From contig JAUIDC010000001.1 of assembly GCA_030429145.1 (NCBI GenBank), forward strand, positions 180,001 through 212,000: a stretch of 32,000 bases of DNA, written 5' to 3'. The notes under the pieces are model-generated. The model did not search any database, was not told where the DNA came from, and saw nothing but the letters and a program-made list of their open reading frames with translations. A program made the position numbers and the translations under genes. The stretch comes from Candidatus Saccharimonadota bacterium. Its GTDB lineage: Bacteria > Patescibacteriota > Gracilibacteria > Absconditabacterales > Absconditicoccaceae. Shown piece after piece: positions 9,416 to 20,238 of this stretch. How positions within the stretch are numbered: position 1 is the first letter of the stretch; each line of letters starts with the position of its first letter.

Positions 9416-10387
9416 TTACTGCGCGAAATTGAGCATCGTCAGTACGTCAATTTCGTCACTGTCTCGCTGTCTTTGAAAGGTATGGAGATCGCTTGTGTGG
9501 TGAAGTGGCACTATGAAGCCATTTGTCGTTTTTCTATACTGTTCGTTAAATCTTTCGAGAAAATACTTATTTGATAAAAGTGATGATGCGATAATGAGGT
9601 CTTGTCCAGGCTTGACGAACTCTTTCATCCAACGGGTCAAAGTTTCAGAAAAGAAGTCTACAGACTGGATCACCAAGTTTTTAGCAAACTCATTGAGGTC
9701 GATCTCGGCAGCAGATTTGAAGAAAAATGGCAGTACATTGTTTTCCTTGTAGATATCTTTGAGCATGCGCACACCAAGATTGATTCTCTCACATTTGGTA
9801 TATTTTCCGTGGGTAAGCGTGATTACCTTTGCGTATTCGTCGAATATGTAGAGAAGTTGTAATTGTGGTTTATGTAAAGATTTTTTGAGATAGCCCACCG
9901 TGTAGAAACTTTGTGGATAGATTTTTATCTTGGATGTTTCACGACCGAAGATGGATTTTATGATATTTGCCGTACGTTTTTGGAGGAAAACAAAGGTCAG
10001 AGTTGCGTGGATAGTCCCGATTTCACCAAGAATGTAAGGCTTCGTTTGACCGTCAACAGTAATATTATCAATCAGGTAGAAAAGCTTTTCCCCCCCTGCT
10101 TTGAAGTGAGATTTTATATAACCGAGCCTCTCGTTGACGATCTCCTGAATATCTCTCACTGTGATCTTATCCGTAGTGCAAAAGTCGAGATCAACCGTAT
10201 ACAGATCGAAGTGATCCTCATCGAGCAAGATGGCAATTGACTCTTTTTTTGTGTGAAAACCATAGGCATCGCGCACCATCTGCTTCAAATCTCCGGATTT
10301 TTGCGACGTCTGAAATTTGCCTCCATGTTTATGAAAGTAGCTGTATCATCCTTTTTCGTTGCCCTGTCTCTCCACAAAAATGTGCAT
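9416..10387 (-). CDS. hypothetical protein (about 290-323 aa); start uncertain
   Basis: Track ORF 9416..10288 stays open upstream through one TGA (10346-10348) to ATG 10385-10387; another candidate ATG is at 10277-10279. Stop is TAA at 9416-9418. No confident family motif. Confidence 0.45.
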
Positions 10388-10534
10388 ATTTTCGCAAAAA
10401 CCGATATGTATTAAATAGAAAACAGCGCTACTATATTTATATAGGCGTTATCAATCAAGACAGAAAAACCGTTGTAATCATTGACAATAAACCTAGTATA
10501 CTGATTGTACGCTATTTAGTTAGTAAACGAGTGC

Positions 10535-11632
10535 ATGGGTAACCTCTTCCCGTATATTTGATCAGCCATCTTGTGTATTATGGTCGCCATCTTTGGGATC
10601 GAAGTTTTTACAAAATGGAAAATCCTCGATAAACCAGGACCTGATGTACCTGCTCGTGCAGGGGTGCCAAACATGCAGGGAATATTTCTTGTCGTTGGAT
10701 TTATTGCATCGATGCTGATCTTCTTTCCAAGTTATCTGCAACAAGATGCCTTTCTTGGACTCCTCTTTGGTGGGCTACTCATCGCAATTGTCGAAAGTGT
10801 CGATACCATCTTGGGTCTCAACTATAAGGGCTTAAAGACAAAATGACTCAATAAGAAAATCAGAGTGCTCGTGCAGATCGTTGTTGCTCTGATGGCCATG
10901 TTTGTCGGGGGTATCAATATAGAAAATATCACATTGGGAAATCTTACTATCACACTCCCCTTCATCGTGACGGTAATCATCTTGATCGTTTGGTTTGGCG
11001 TCTTTATGAATGCCATCAACCGGTTTGATGGTATCAATGGCCTCTCCAGTGGTGTCTCAACTATCTGATTTTTGACTATCTATCTCCTCTTACAACAGGT
11101 TGTTTTCCCGTCGTTTCCTTACATGAGCGCACAAAGTGTTGCGACTCTTAGCATGGTCTCAGATATTGCATTTGTCATGACCATCCTTGGTTTGATCTAT
11201 ACTACAATAGAATACAAACCAATGGGAAGACTCAGAGACATAGGAACGATGTTTATGTGATTTGTGCTCGCCTATCTGGCACTGCTTGGTGGGGCAAAAA
11301 TTGGAACTATCCTTGTAGCACTCTCTCTTCCTATCTTCGACGCCATCCGAGTATTCATCAATAGACTATTTATCATGAAAAAATCGCCTCTGAAAGGCGA
11401 CTATACTCACCTCCACTACAGACTGCTTGCTCTTGGGCGAAATCGCAATGAGATACGTCGATTCGTATGGTGACGATCTATTTTCTTTATGATCATCATC
11501 CTCTTACAAGACACTGACAGGATCGCCAAAGTCATCATCTTTATCATGATGGCAGCCATCTTCTTTGGCGTCAACATCTACCTATTCCGAGTAAAAAAAA
11601 TGCCAATGGAATATAAGCCGGAGAAGAAGTAA
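10535..11632 (+). CDS. glycosyltransferase family 4 polyprenyl-phosphate sugar-1-phosphate transferase (WecA/MraY-like)
   Basis: Four track ORFs (10571.., 10865.., 11072.., 11264..) share one frame and are joined by TGA at 10844, 11066, 11258 and 11471. ATG is at 10535 and TAA at 11630-11632. Motifs: LDKPGPDVPARAGVPNMQG, NAINRFDGINGLSSG, RDIGTMFM-G-F, PIFDAIRVFINRL..GDYTHLHYRLL. The protein is multi-pass hydrophobic throughout. Confidence 0.8.
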
Positions 11633-11666
11633 TCTAGATTTTTATTATTCTACTATTGAAACACCC

Positions 11667-12440
11667 ATGGAACACTATGTACAATTTGCGAAAGAGTTTG
11701 TGCGTGAAGCAGGAACTATTGCAAAAAAATATTTCAATAGTGACACTACTCAATGGAAAGATGATATGACACCAGTTACTAAGGCTGATCTAGAAATCAA
11801 TACTCTTCTTATAACAAAAGTTAATGAGCTTTTTCCCTGACACAGAGTCATTGGCGAAGAAGAAAGCACAAACAATGAGTCGGACTACTGTTGGATTTGC
11901 GATCCCATAGACGGAACGATCCTATATAGAGTTGGTATTCCTGTATTCTCTGTATGTATCTCGCTTCTTCACAAGTGAAAGCCACTCCTAGGTGTCATTT
12001 ATGATCCCATCATGGATAGATTGTTCTACGGCGATGGACAATCCTCTTACCTGAACGACGAGATCATCAACGTCAACAATGAAGACAATTTAGAAAAATG
12101 TGTTATTGCAATAGAGAATTTTCCAAAAGATGTATATGATTTAGGAGAATTATATAAACAGCTAACTGCTTTAAATATAAAAGTAGTACAATTTGCATCG
12201 ATTGCATACCCAACTGCTCTTATTGCATCTGGGCAAGTAAGTGCCACAATTTTTCCTATGAACCAAATCTGGGAATTTGCTCCTGCTATGCCCATTATTA
12301 CAGGTGCGGGAGGCAAGGTAACTACATTTACTGGCGACAACCCAGACTTTCTAGACCCCGCCCACTGTTATGTAGCATCTAATGGAAAAATTCATGACTT
12401 CATACTTGATATTATTAAGAAGACAGTAAAAATAGATTAA
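11667..12440 (+). CDS. inositol monophosphatase family protein (SuhB/IMPase-like)
   Basis: ATG 11667 to TAA 12438-12440 with two in-frame TGA codons. Motifs: VIGEEES, CDPIDGT, WEFAPAMPIITGAGGKV (WDxAAG-like). It absorbs track ORF 12012..12440. Confidence 0.8.
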
Positions 12441-12441
12441 C

Positions 12442-14778
12442 ATGCAACTCTTAGCAACGACCTATCAGAATATATGACCTTTTTTGGACCGTACGTTGAC
12501 GGTATGTTTTCGTCAGGGGAAATTTTTGATTAAGGCGCCAATAGGAAGTGGAAAGTCGTTTCTGTTTTTTGACGGGCCGGTTTTTGGGCTCTACAAGTAC
12601 AGCTGACGTACGATGCTGAGTATGAAAGCAAAGGAAGGATACATTAAGGTGCTTATGGAGGCGTGAGATGGTTATTTTCTCGTCGTGAGGAATCTTACTC
12701 GTACGAAATCATGAGGAGATAGTGTGAAATCAAAGTTATTTCAGGTAGATATGGATGCGTCATCGGCGCAACAAATTATGAGTGACCTCGGGAATGTGAT
12801 CAATGAAAATAGTGATATAGAAAATGTTTTGTTGGATAATAATATTAAGCTAGAAGAGGTTGTCTTCAAAAATGAGACTGACCTACAGCAAAACATGACA
12901 GACTTTCTGCCGCCGAGAGAGGTCTATACGAGCACGACATTTCTAATGCAGGATAGCGAAAATATGTTTGAGATGACACCTGCTGATAGGATCAATGTAT
13001 TTAAGAATATCTTTGGACTGCTCGATATTGATGAGGCAAAAGATCTGATTTCTGATGCGAAAAAAGAGACTACTGCTCTGCTCAAATCGAGACGCAATAC
13101 CGATGATGTAAATACGAAGTTGCAGAGAGCTGTGCATGAGTATCTCGAGCTTGTAGAAGAAAAAAATGAGCAATGGAGCGACGAAATTTTGTCACATGCG
13201 AGCGACTGGACTCTTGTGAAAGAGAAGCTGAGTATCGAGAATTTTGACATCGCATCGCTACCGCTCGCATCGTGGCAGGAGCTGGCGGTCAGATATGATC
13301 AAGAAAGAGCGAAGTATCAAAGCCTGCTAGGCCAGCTCCAAGCGCTAGAGAAGCAACACAAAGCCAACAACGAAGAGACAGTAAAACTAGCAAAACAAAA
13401 AGAGGAAGCAAAGCAACAGATCACAGAGCTAGAAAAGAAACTTGCGACAGACAATAGTTCTATCGTGAAGAAGCTACAACAAGAAAAAAACTCACTCATA
13501 CAACAACAAGAGCAAATCATCACCGCTCTACCTCTACAAGAACTTCACATAGATTCTATCTCTGATTTGGTCATTCATATCAATGATCTCCTCCAAAAAG
13601 GAAAGAGCATCAGTAAAGATAAAGACCATCTGGATGAGAAGTTGAAGACGGTAGAGAAACAGATGAAAGAGTTTGATCAGAAAAAAGTATCCATTGAAGA
13701 ACAGCTGAAACTTCTTGCTGAGAATCGTAAAAAACAAGAATTTGTCTGTGATCTCATCGGAGATAAACCTTGTCCGTACGTAGACCTTATCAACAAAGGA
13801 AATCTCAAAAGCCTTGATAAACAGGAAGAACATTTTCAACAAGCACTGAAAGATCTTGATAAAGACGCGCTCGAGAAAGAGCGTGAAAAAATAGTAAAAG
13901 AAATCACGCAGGTCGAGAAAGAGTTAGCTACAGCAAGAGATGAATATAAAAAATATAGTTCCCCAGAGATAAAAGAGAATATAGAGACATACAACACTCT
14001 GGATAAGAAACGTCAAGAGATAGACAAAGAACTACTGAAATATGAGAATGAGCAAGACAAACAAGATAAATACAAGGAAGAGATCGTACAGTTGAAAGCG
14101 AAAATAACGCATTATGAGGACGCTCAGGCAAATATCGCACAACAAGAGAAAAAGCTTGCGGATGAGATCGCTCAGTTAAAATCACAAACTGATATTAATC
14201 AACTGGATAAGATCGAGGCGACACTTTCCTCTATCTCGAAAGGGATGAAAATACTAGAATATATCTCTGAACTTGTGGGCACACACAAAAACAATCTCCT
14301 CATGATCAAACAACTTGAGGAAAAAGAGACCATGCTTGGACAGCTCTACAATATTTTTAGCAAAGAGATCATGATCTATGTGCTGCAACAGACGCTTCCA
14401 CTTTTTGCAGATGTCTTAAACAATCTACTAGCGAAGGTGGTTGATTATACTGTGAGTTTCGAAACGAAAAATGTAAGAGACAAGGTGGAACTTGAAATTA
14501 AGATTCATGACTCAAAAGGCGAAAGACTAGTGAAATCCCTCTCTGGTGGACAAAAAACCGTGCTCAGACTCACGTGGACGCTTGCGATCTGTATTTTCAC
14601 TCGCAGCAATGCACTTTTCCTTGATGAAACAGTGAATAACATTGATAGAGACACTATTGGAAAAGTAGCAGACCTGATTGAGGACTTCACGAAAACACAT
14701 GAGATTACTTTCTATATTATCACTCACTCTGAGGCTATTCAGGAGATGGAAATTTGGGATAAGGTGATTAGCCTTTAA
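12442..14778 (+). CDS. SbcC/Rad50-like SMC-type ATPase (778 aa)
   Basis: ATG 12442 lies 1 nt after the IMPase stop. The N-terminal 94 codons are missed by the ORF track because of four TGA codons. Walker A is KAPIGSGKSFLFFDGPVFGLY, followed by a long K/E/Q-rich coiled coil. The C-terminus has LSGGQKTVLRL, ALFLDE and ITHS. Stop is TAA at 14776-14778. Confidence 0.8.
13747..13776 (+). other. Cys pair at the coiled-coil midpoint (possible zinc-hook variant)
   Basis: FVCDLIGDKPCPYV lies at about residue 435 of 778, where Rad50/SbcC proteins carry the CxxC hook. The spacing here is C-x7-C-P, which is not canonical. Confidence 0.3.
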
Positions 14779-15802
14779 CATCAGCATGACAAAGCTCTTC
14801 CCGATCCTCTACATTACTCATAAGATAAGCCCTTCTACTAGAAAACACTGTATCCAAGTTTTTTTCTATAATAGCCACTTGTTCTTTTAAAGCATTCACA
14901 TCTTGTAGGTTTTTATCAAAGTGATGGTCAAATGCAGTATGTATAACCATCTTCACAGGAACAACCTCAAGAGTCTCGTCTTTTTTGTTCGACTTTACTA
15001 GCTGATCAAGTTTCTGAAAAAGAGGTGTATTATGCTTCTTATAATTTTTCCATTGCTCATAATGAGGCACAACATGCTCCCCATATTCTCCTATAAAAGA
15101 TTTTGCATCGATTAAGTAGACGATAATATATTTCTTACCAGATCTGTGCACCACCCTATCCGTCACTACGATATCCACTCCATTGTTCAGATCAAAAGCT
15201 TTAACATGCGTACTTTCTAATTGAAGAATAGATAGTCATTGCTTTTTATCAAACAAATCGAGAACCAAAGCATGTGAAAAGAATCATTTCACTGCATTGC
15301 TCAGCGATATGTGAGTTTGTGCAGAAAAAGTAGGTGGAACTTCGCGTTGCACGATTGACTTAAAATGATTGAGAAACTCTGGTAACCTCTCTACGTGACT
15401 GTGTTTCAGGAAATAACGCTGAATACAAGATGCCATTTTCTGTTGTAAAAAACTGCTTGCCAATAATATCCTGTAACGCTCCTCTGGAGTATTTTGAAAT
15501 GTTGGTAGGTTAAAGTTTTTCAGTTCAGAGGTAATTTCTCCTTCTAGATAAGCTATAGCCTCTTGGAAAAGCTGAATCTCTCTATTTTCTCTCTTTTTCT
15601 CTCTACGACGAATAGCATCAGCTATCTGTTGCGCAATTACGGGAGACAAATTCACGTTTGACTCTGTCAATCCCCTAGCAAGCTTCTGTTTGGTATGCTC
15701 TGTTACTAACTCTTTTCCATGGTTAAATTGTTCTCCATTGTGAGGAGAACGCTCTTTTGCACCTATATCTTTCCTAAATACACTCCTATAATTTCTTGCC
15801 AT
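14768..15802 (-). CDS. hypothetical protein (344 aa); C-terminal half carries a PD-(D/E)XK-nuclease-like motif
   Basis: Track ORFs 15284..15835 and 14768..15178 share one frame and are joined through TGA at 15284 and one further TGA. I place the start at ATG 15800-15802; stop is TAA at 14768-14770. Candidate motif: LQLES..GVDIVVTDRVV..KYIIVYLIDAKSF (E...D...D-x-K). It overlaps the SbcC-like gene end by 11 nt, convergently. Confidence 0.5.
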
Positions 15803-15807
15803 ATCCG

Positions 15808-15813
15808 ATAATA
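15808..15813 (-). promoter_or_regulatory. -10-like hexamer TATTAT 5 nt upstream of ATG 15802 (leaderless-type arrangement)
   Basis: The minus strand reads gaTATTATcggatATG. Confidence 0.3.
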
Positions 15814-15886
15814 TCAAAAATTGAGCATATAACACTTAAAAAGCATTATACAGCTCAATTATGTAAAGTCAAGGGTCTTAGAAAGG

Positions 15887-18256
15887 CTATTCCTTAATAT
15901 TCTGCGTATTTTTACAGTCAGGATATTTATTACATGCAAGGAAGTAACCGCGTCTTGATTTCTTCACGTGCATAGTACCTTTTTCACACTTATCACACTT
16001 CTTTCCGCCAAACTTCTCCTCAAGTTCCTCCATTTTTTCATCAGGGATAGACGAGATCCACTTTACCTTTGGATATTCTGAGGATGTCAGGAATGGACCG
16101 AATCTACCCATCTTCACGACGATAGTTCCACCCTCTGGACATGGCTTCCCTTCATATTTCTCACGTAGTGGAGCCAAAGCGTCTTTCTCTTCCTGTGTCT
16201 TCTCCGTGTAGTCACACTCTGGATAGTTACTACATCCTATAAATTTGCCAAAACGAGTAAACTTATAGATAAGATCACCGTCTGTACATTTTGGACATTT
16301 TTTCCCAACAGGCACCACTTCTTTCTCACTCTTTTTCGCAGCATTAATCGTCTTTTCAAAGCCTGTATAAAACTCTTCCATCATCTTTTTCCAACCCTTC
16401 TTTCCTTCTGCGATCGTATCGAGTTCATCTTCCATCTTCGCTGTGAACTCATAATTCATCAAATTTTCAAAATTCTTCTCCAAAAAATCTACTACCAAAA
16501 AGGCTATCTCGGTTGGATGAAGCTTTTTATCCTCTTTCTTTACGACGTACCCTCTCTCCTGCACAGTAGAGATAGTCGGCGCATATGTTGAAGGACGTCA
16601 TACTCCGTATCATTCTAGAGCTTTTACAAGCGACGCCTCGGTGTATCTTGCTGGTGGACGCGTAAATGATTGGTGTGCTCTGACGTAGTCAGCAGGTAGC
16701 GTTATTCATTTATCAAGATTTGGTAACGTCTGATCACCTCCTTCTTCCTCATTTTCCTCATCCTGTCCATAGAGAGCAAGAAAACCAGGGAAGACTATAC
16801 GCTTTCCTTTAGCAACCCACTCCTGCTCTGTTCCTTCAGGAGTAAATGTATAAGTGGTATTGAGTACCTTAGCACTTGCCATCTGTGATGCAACCGTACG
16901 AGCCCAAATCAGCTCATAGAGCTTCAGTTCCTGACCACTCAGCCCCGACGTTTGTGGCGTACGATCCACATATGTTGGTCTGATAGCTTCATGCGCCTCT
17001 TGGGCATTTTTACTCTTTGTTGAAAATTTTCTCACGGTCAAATAGTCTTTGCCGTATGCATGTTCAATATATTTTGCCGCAGCATTGATTGCCATGCCAG
17101 AGAGATTGACACTATCCGTTCTCATATAGGTGATGAAACCTCTTTCGTAGAGCTTCTGTGCTGTCATCATCACCTGTTTCACTGACCACCCTAGTCTTGA
17201 TGCTCCTGCTTGTTGGAGCGTAGACGTTGTAAACGGTGCTGCAGGGTTTCTGGTAGAAGTTTTTTCCCCGATATCCATGAGACTAAACCTGCTGTCAGCC
17301 GAGTAAGTATGTACAAGCCACCCAGTCTTTTCATTCGTTTCGACCTGAGGAGTCAGATTGCTCGTCAAAGTTTTCACCATCGCCTCGGCATCAGCGAGGG
17401 TATGAAGCTTAACAGCCTTGCCCGCATCTTTATGTAGCTCACAAGATAAAGAAGTTTTTTCATATTTCAGATCTGTTTTGAGTGTCCATGACTCTTCTGG
17501 TTTGAAGTTCTGTATCTCTCTTTCTTTCTCTACTATCATTTTTACTGCTACCGACTGTACACGTCAAGCAGAAAGTCCACGACGAATCTTTGTCCGTAAG
17601 ACTGGTGATACATTAAATCACACGAGACGGTCAAGTACACGTCTTGCCTGTTGCGCATCTACGAGATTCATATCAATATGTCTCGGATTTTCTACTGCAG
17701 CTTGTATAGCATCTTTCGTAATCTCATGAAAAACTATACGTGGCGTCTTGTCTACGGGCAAACCAAGGACATGAGAAACATGCCAAGCAATAGCCTCTCC
17801 TTCGCGGTCCTCGTCCGTTGCAAGCCATACTTGTTTTGCCACTTTTGCATCTCTTTTCAACTCTGCAATGACTTTTTTCTTGTCTGCTGAAACCTCATAG
17901 GTCGGTGTAAAGTTTTCTTTTACATCAATACCTAAAGTCTTTTGCGGCAAATCAGCCACATGTCCAAATGAGGCCTTTACTTCTCGGTCTTTACCAAGAA
18001 ATCACTGGATAGTTTTCCCTTTTGCAGGAGACTCCACAATGACAAGATTTCTTCCTGTCACGTCTGCTCCTGAAAGCGTATATGATCTTGTTGCTCTTGC
18101 TGTTGTCTTCTTCGCGGCAACTTTCTTCGTCGTCTTTTTTGTAGCTGTCTTCTTCGCTGATGATTTTTTTGCTACTTTTTTCGCTGTAGTCTTTTTTGCC
18201 TTTTTCGCTGGTGCGGCGCTATCGGCAGAACGCTTAGTCGTCTTTTTCGCTACCAT
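15887..18256 (-). CDS. topA: DNA topoisomerase I with a Lys/Ala/Thr-rich N-terminal tail
   Basis: Track ORFs 18002..18256, 17618..17959, 16706..17539 and 15887..16564 share one frame and are joined only by TGA (18002, 17618, 17564, 16706 and two more in 16565-16705). Motifs: TOPRIM [50 protein letters not shown], and C-terminal zinc ribbons CPKC..CSNYPEC and CDKC..CNKYPDC. Stop is TAG at 15887-15889. Confidence 0.93.
18086..18256 (-). other. low-complexity segment coding the TopA Lys/Ala/Thr-rich N-terminal tail
   Basis: MVAKKTTKRSADSAAPAKKAKKTTAKKVAKKSSAKKTATKKTTKKVAAKKTTARATRS precedes the TOPRIM core. I found no alternative ATG between the tail and the core. Confidence 0.8.
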
Positions 18257-18330
18257 TGTCTGTAATGATCAATCTTAGAGATACAAAATGAATTTCACTA
18301 TAGTCAAACAAAAGAATGATTGCAAGATTA

Positions 18331-18356
18331 AGAAAAAAGAGTCCTTTCGGACTCTT
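18331..18356 (-). terminator. rho-independent terminator after the DsbA-like gene
   Basis: The minus strand reads AAGAGTCC-gaaa-GGACTCTT followed by TTTTTCTT. Confidence 0.75.
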
Positions 18357-18370
18357 CTATGAGTAACTTG

Positions 18371-19237
18371 TTATTTCATCCATTGATCTATGATCTGAAT
18401 GAATGTGTCTGTAGGATAAGCTCCTGATACCAATCTGTACTCACCTGTCTCATTGTTGATAATAAGATTACCAGGTGTTCCTGATGATTGGAACGAGAGA
18501 GCCTCCTGCCAGTTTGCCTGGTAGTCAGCAAGAAATTCTTTGTCTTCAAGACATGATGCGAAGCGAGAACTATTGAGTCCAAGTTGCTGTGCAAACTCAG
18601 GAATCTTGCTATTAGCCACTACTGTACTAGGCGTTGACTGACCCATGATCAGATCATACATACCATAGTATGCTTCTGCTCCTCCAAGATCTCCTGCACA
18701 AAGCATAGCAAGCGACTTAGACTCTGTATTGGTGTGATCTACACCCTGCACAGCCTTCACGATATGATTTACATCACCATCATAGTTGTCCATCACTGAT
18801 TTGATCGTACCATCATTGTGGTGTCTGATACAAAACGGACACTCTGGATCACTATACTCAACGATAGTAATTTTTGCATCCTCATTTCCTTCGATGTACG
18901 CTCCCTCTTTTATCTGTTCAATCTGAGCGGCATTGATCTGCCCTGAAGGAAACTCTTCCTGTGAAGGAGAAGTCGCTTGCTGACCAGCATTCTGCGCACC
19001 ACCACCCTGTGAAAGTGCAGCGTTTATTTGCTGTTCTTGTGCGTCAGCAAACCAGTCACTCTTATATAACTCTTTCAATTTCTCATAATTTTCTTTACCA
19101 CCTACTTTCATTGCTTCATTATTCTCTATTGCACGATTGATATATCCTTTTGCCATAAAGAACTGTGCTATCACAAGAAGCAAAGTCAACAAACCTATCG
19201 TTAACAGTAACGTATGCATTCAACCTTCTTTTTTCAT
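18371..19237 (-). CDS. membrane-anchored DsbA-family thiol:disulfide oxidoreductase
   Basis: Track ORF 18371..19219 extends through TGA 19220-19222 to ATG 19235-19237, giving MKKEG-G-MHTLLL.., a charged N-terminus followed by a TM helix. Thioredoxin-fold active site EYSDPECPFCIRHH. Stop is TAA at 18371-18373. Confidence 0.8.
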
Positions 19238-19271
19238 AGAGTGTCTATACTAATAGGATAAATAGGGTGTT

Positions 19272-19658
19272 TTATTGTGCCATCATTGCTTCATCTCCTG
19301 TCATCATCATTGATCCATCAGGCATTGTTTCAGTACTCATACCTTCTCCTGATCCGTCTTCCATCATCATAGCGTCACTATCTACCTGCATCTGCTGATA
19401 CATCTGGAGCTGAGCTTCGATTTGATCTACCTGCTCACCGAAAACCTCAGCATTTTCCTGATAGATTTTCTTGAGCTGCTCATATCTTTCTTGTCCTCCA
19501 ACTTTTAGTGCCTCTACTCTTTCTACTCCACTTGTTACCATAGCTGGTAGCGTGAAGTATGTAAGAGCTGAAAATACTGCAGCGATAAATGCGAAAATAA
19601 GCGCAGCAGTTGCAACACCATTACCATTTTTTTCAGTATGACTCATTGAATAATCCAT
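19272..19658 (-). CDS. membrane-anchored protein with a methionine-rich acidic C-terminus
   Basis: 128-aa intact ORF with TM helix VATAALIFAFIAAVFSALTYFTL. It shares the module EALKVGGQERYEQLKKIY with the DsbA-like neighbour (EAMKVGGKENYEKLKELY). The C-terminus is DSDAMMMEDGSGEGMSTETMPDGSMMMTGDEAMMAQ. Confidence 0.6.
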   Translation of the reverse strand: MDYSMSHTEKNGNGVATAALIFAFIAAVFSALTYFTLPAMVTSGVERVEALKVGGQERYEQLKKIYQENAEVFGEQVDQIEAQLQMYQQMQVDSDAMMMEDGSGEGMSTETMPDGSMMMTGDEAMMAQ

Positions 19659-19752
19659 AAATAATAAAAAGCCCTTTACTCTAGTATTTTAACCGCAAAA
19701 AATCAAGCCGTCTCATCAACTTGCGATTGACAATGCTACAAAACACACTTCA

Positions 19753-20223
19753 TTATTCCTCGACATTTGGCGCACCACACGCAGGACAGTACTCATAGTG
19801 TACCTGATAGTGATGTTTACACTCTTTACATTTTGTCGTTAACTCACTCCCACAAGCAACACAGTGATCATGATAGAGCGGGTTTCTACTACCGCACGCA
19901 TAACACTGCACTATTTGCAATGCAAGAGACTCTCTCCATCACATACGATCCCATTTATATCTCGTAGGTCTTAATAGTCGATAGAGCGGAAGCCCAACAA
20001 CAGGTGTTCCAATACCTACCAATAAGATACACAATATCTGTATCCACACACTATGTGTTCTTGCACCAATATCCTTCATAGTCCACAGAATTGCGACTAC
20101 CCAAATAAAGAGGATCAGTCCGATACTCCAGGTAAATGCATCCGTATTCCCTTGAAAAACTGAGACAATCTGCTCAGCAAATGGTATTTGCATCAGATTT
20201 TCTAACATGTCATTGAGAAACAA
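19753..20223 (-). CDS. small membrane domain (PLDc_N-like) fused to a double zinc ribbon
   Basis: Track ORF 19939..20223 reads through TGA 19939-19941 to TAA 19753-19755. The N-terminal half is WTMKDIGARTHSVWIQILCILLVGIGTPVVGLPLYRLLRP. The C-terminal half has four CxxC pairs: CYAC..CVAC..CKEC..CPAC. The start is either TTG 20223 or ATG 20206-20208. Confidence 0.65.
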
Positions 20224-20238
20224 GATAAAAGCATACTA

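Noticed and set aside
9416-10387. Assignment of this protein as a divergent FtsA/PilM-like actin-fold ATPase because it sits next to a cell-envelope gene.
   Set aside because: I could not find the phosphate-binding DxGxxx or GGGTxD motifs. The similarity is only a vague impression of the C-terminal region, so the gene is left as hypothetical.
12442-15802. SbcC-like ATPase plus putative nuclease as an anti-phage defence system (Lamassu/Septu/Gabija-like).
   Set aside because: The genes are convergent rather than operonic. The ATPase is embedded in a housekeeping-looking operon, and no other defence or mobile-element genes are nearby. It is kept only as a low-priority lead.
18039-18278. Plus-strand ORFs rich in F/V/A (18039..18278, 28729..28962, 8236..8457).
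   Set aside because: They are the antisense reading of the AAG/AAA/GCN-rich lysine-tail coding segments of topA, the membrane protein and uvrA. They are shadow ORFs.
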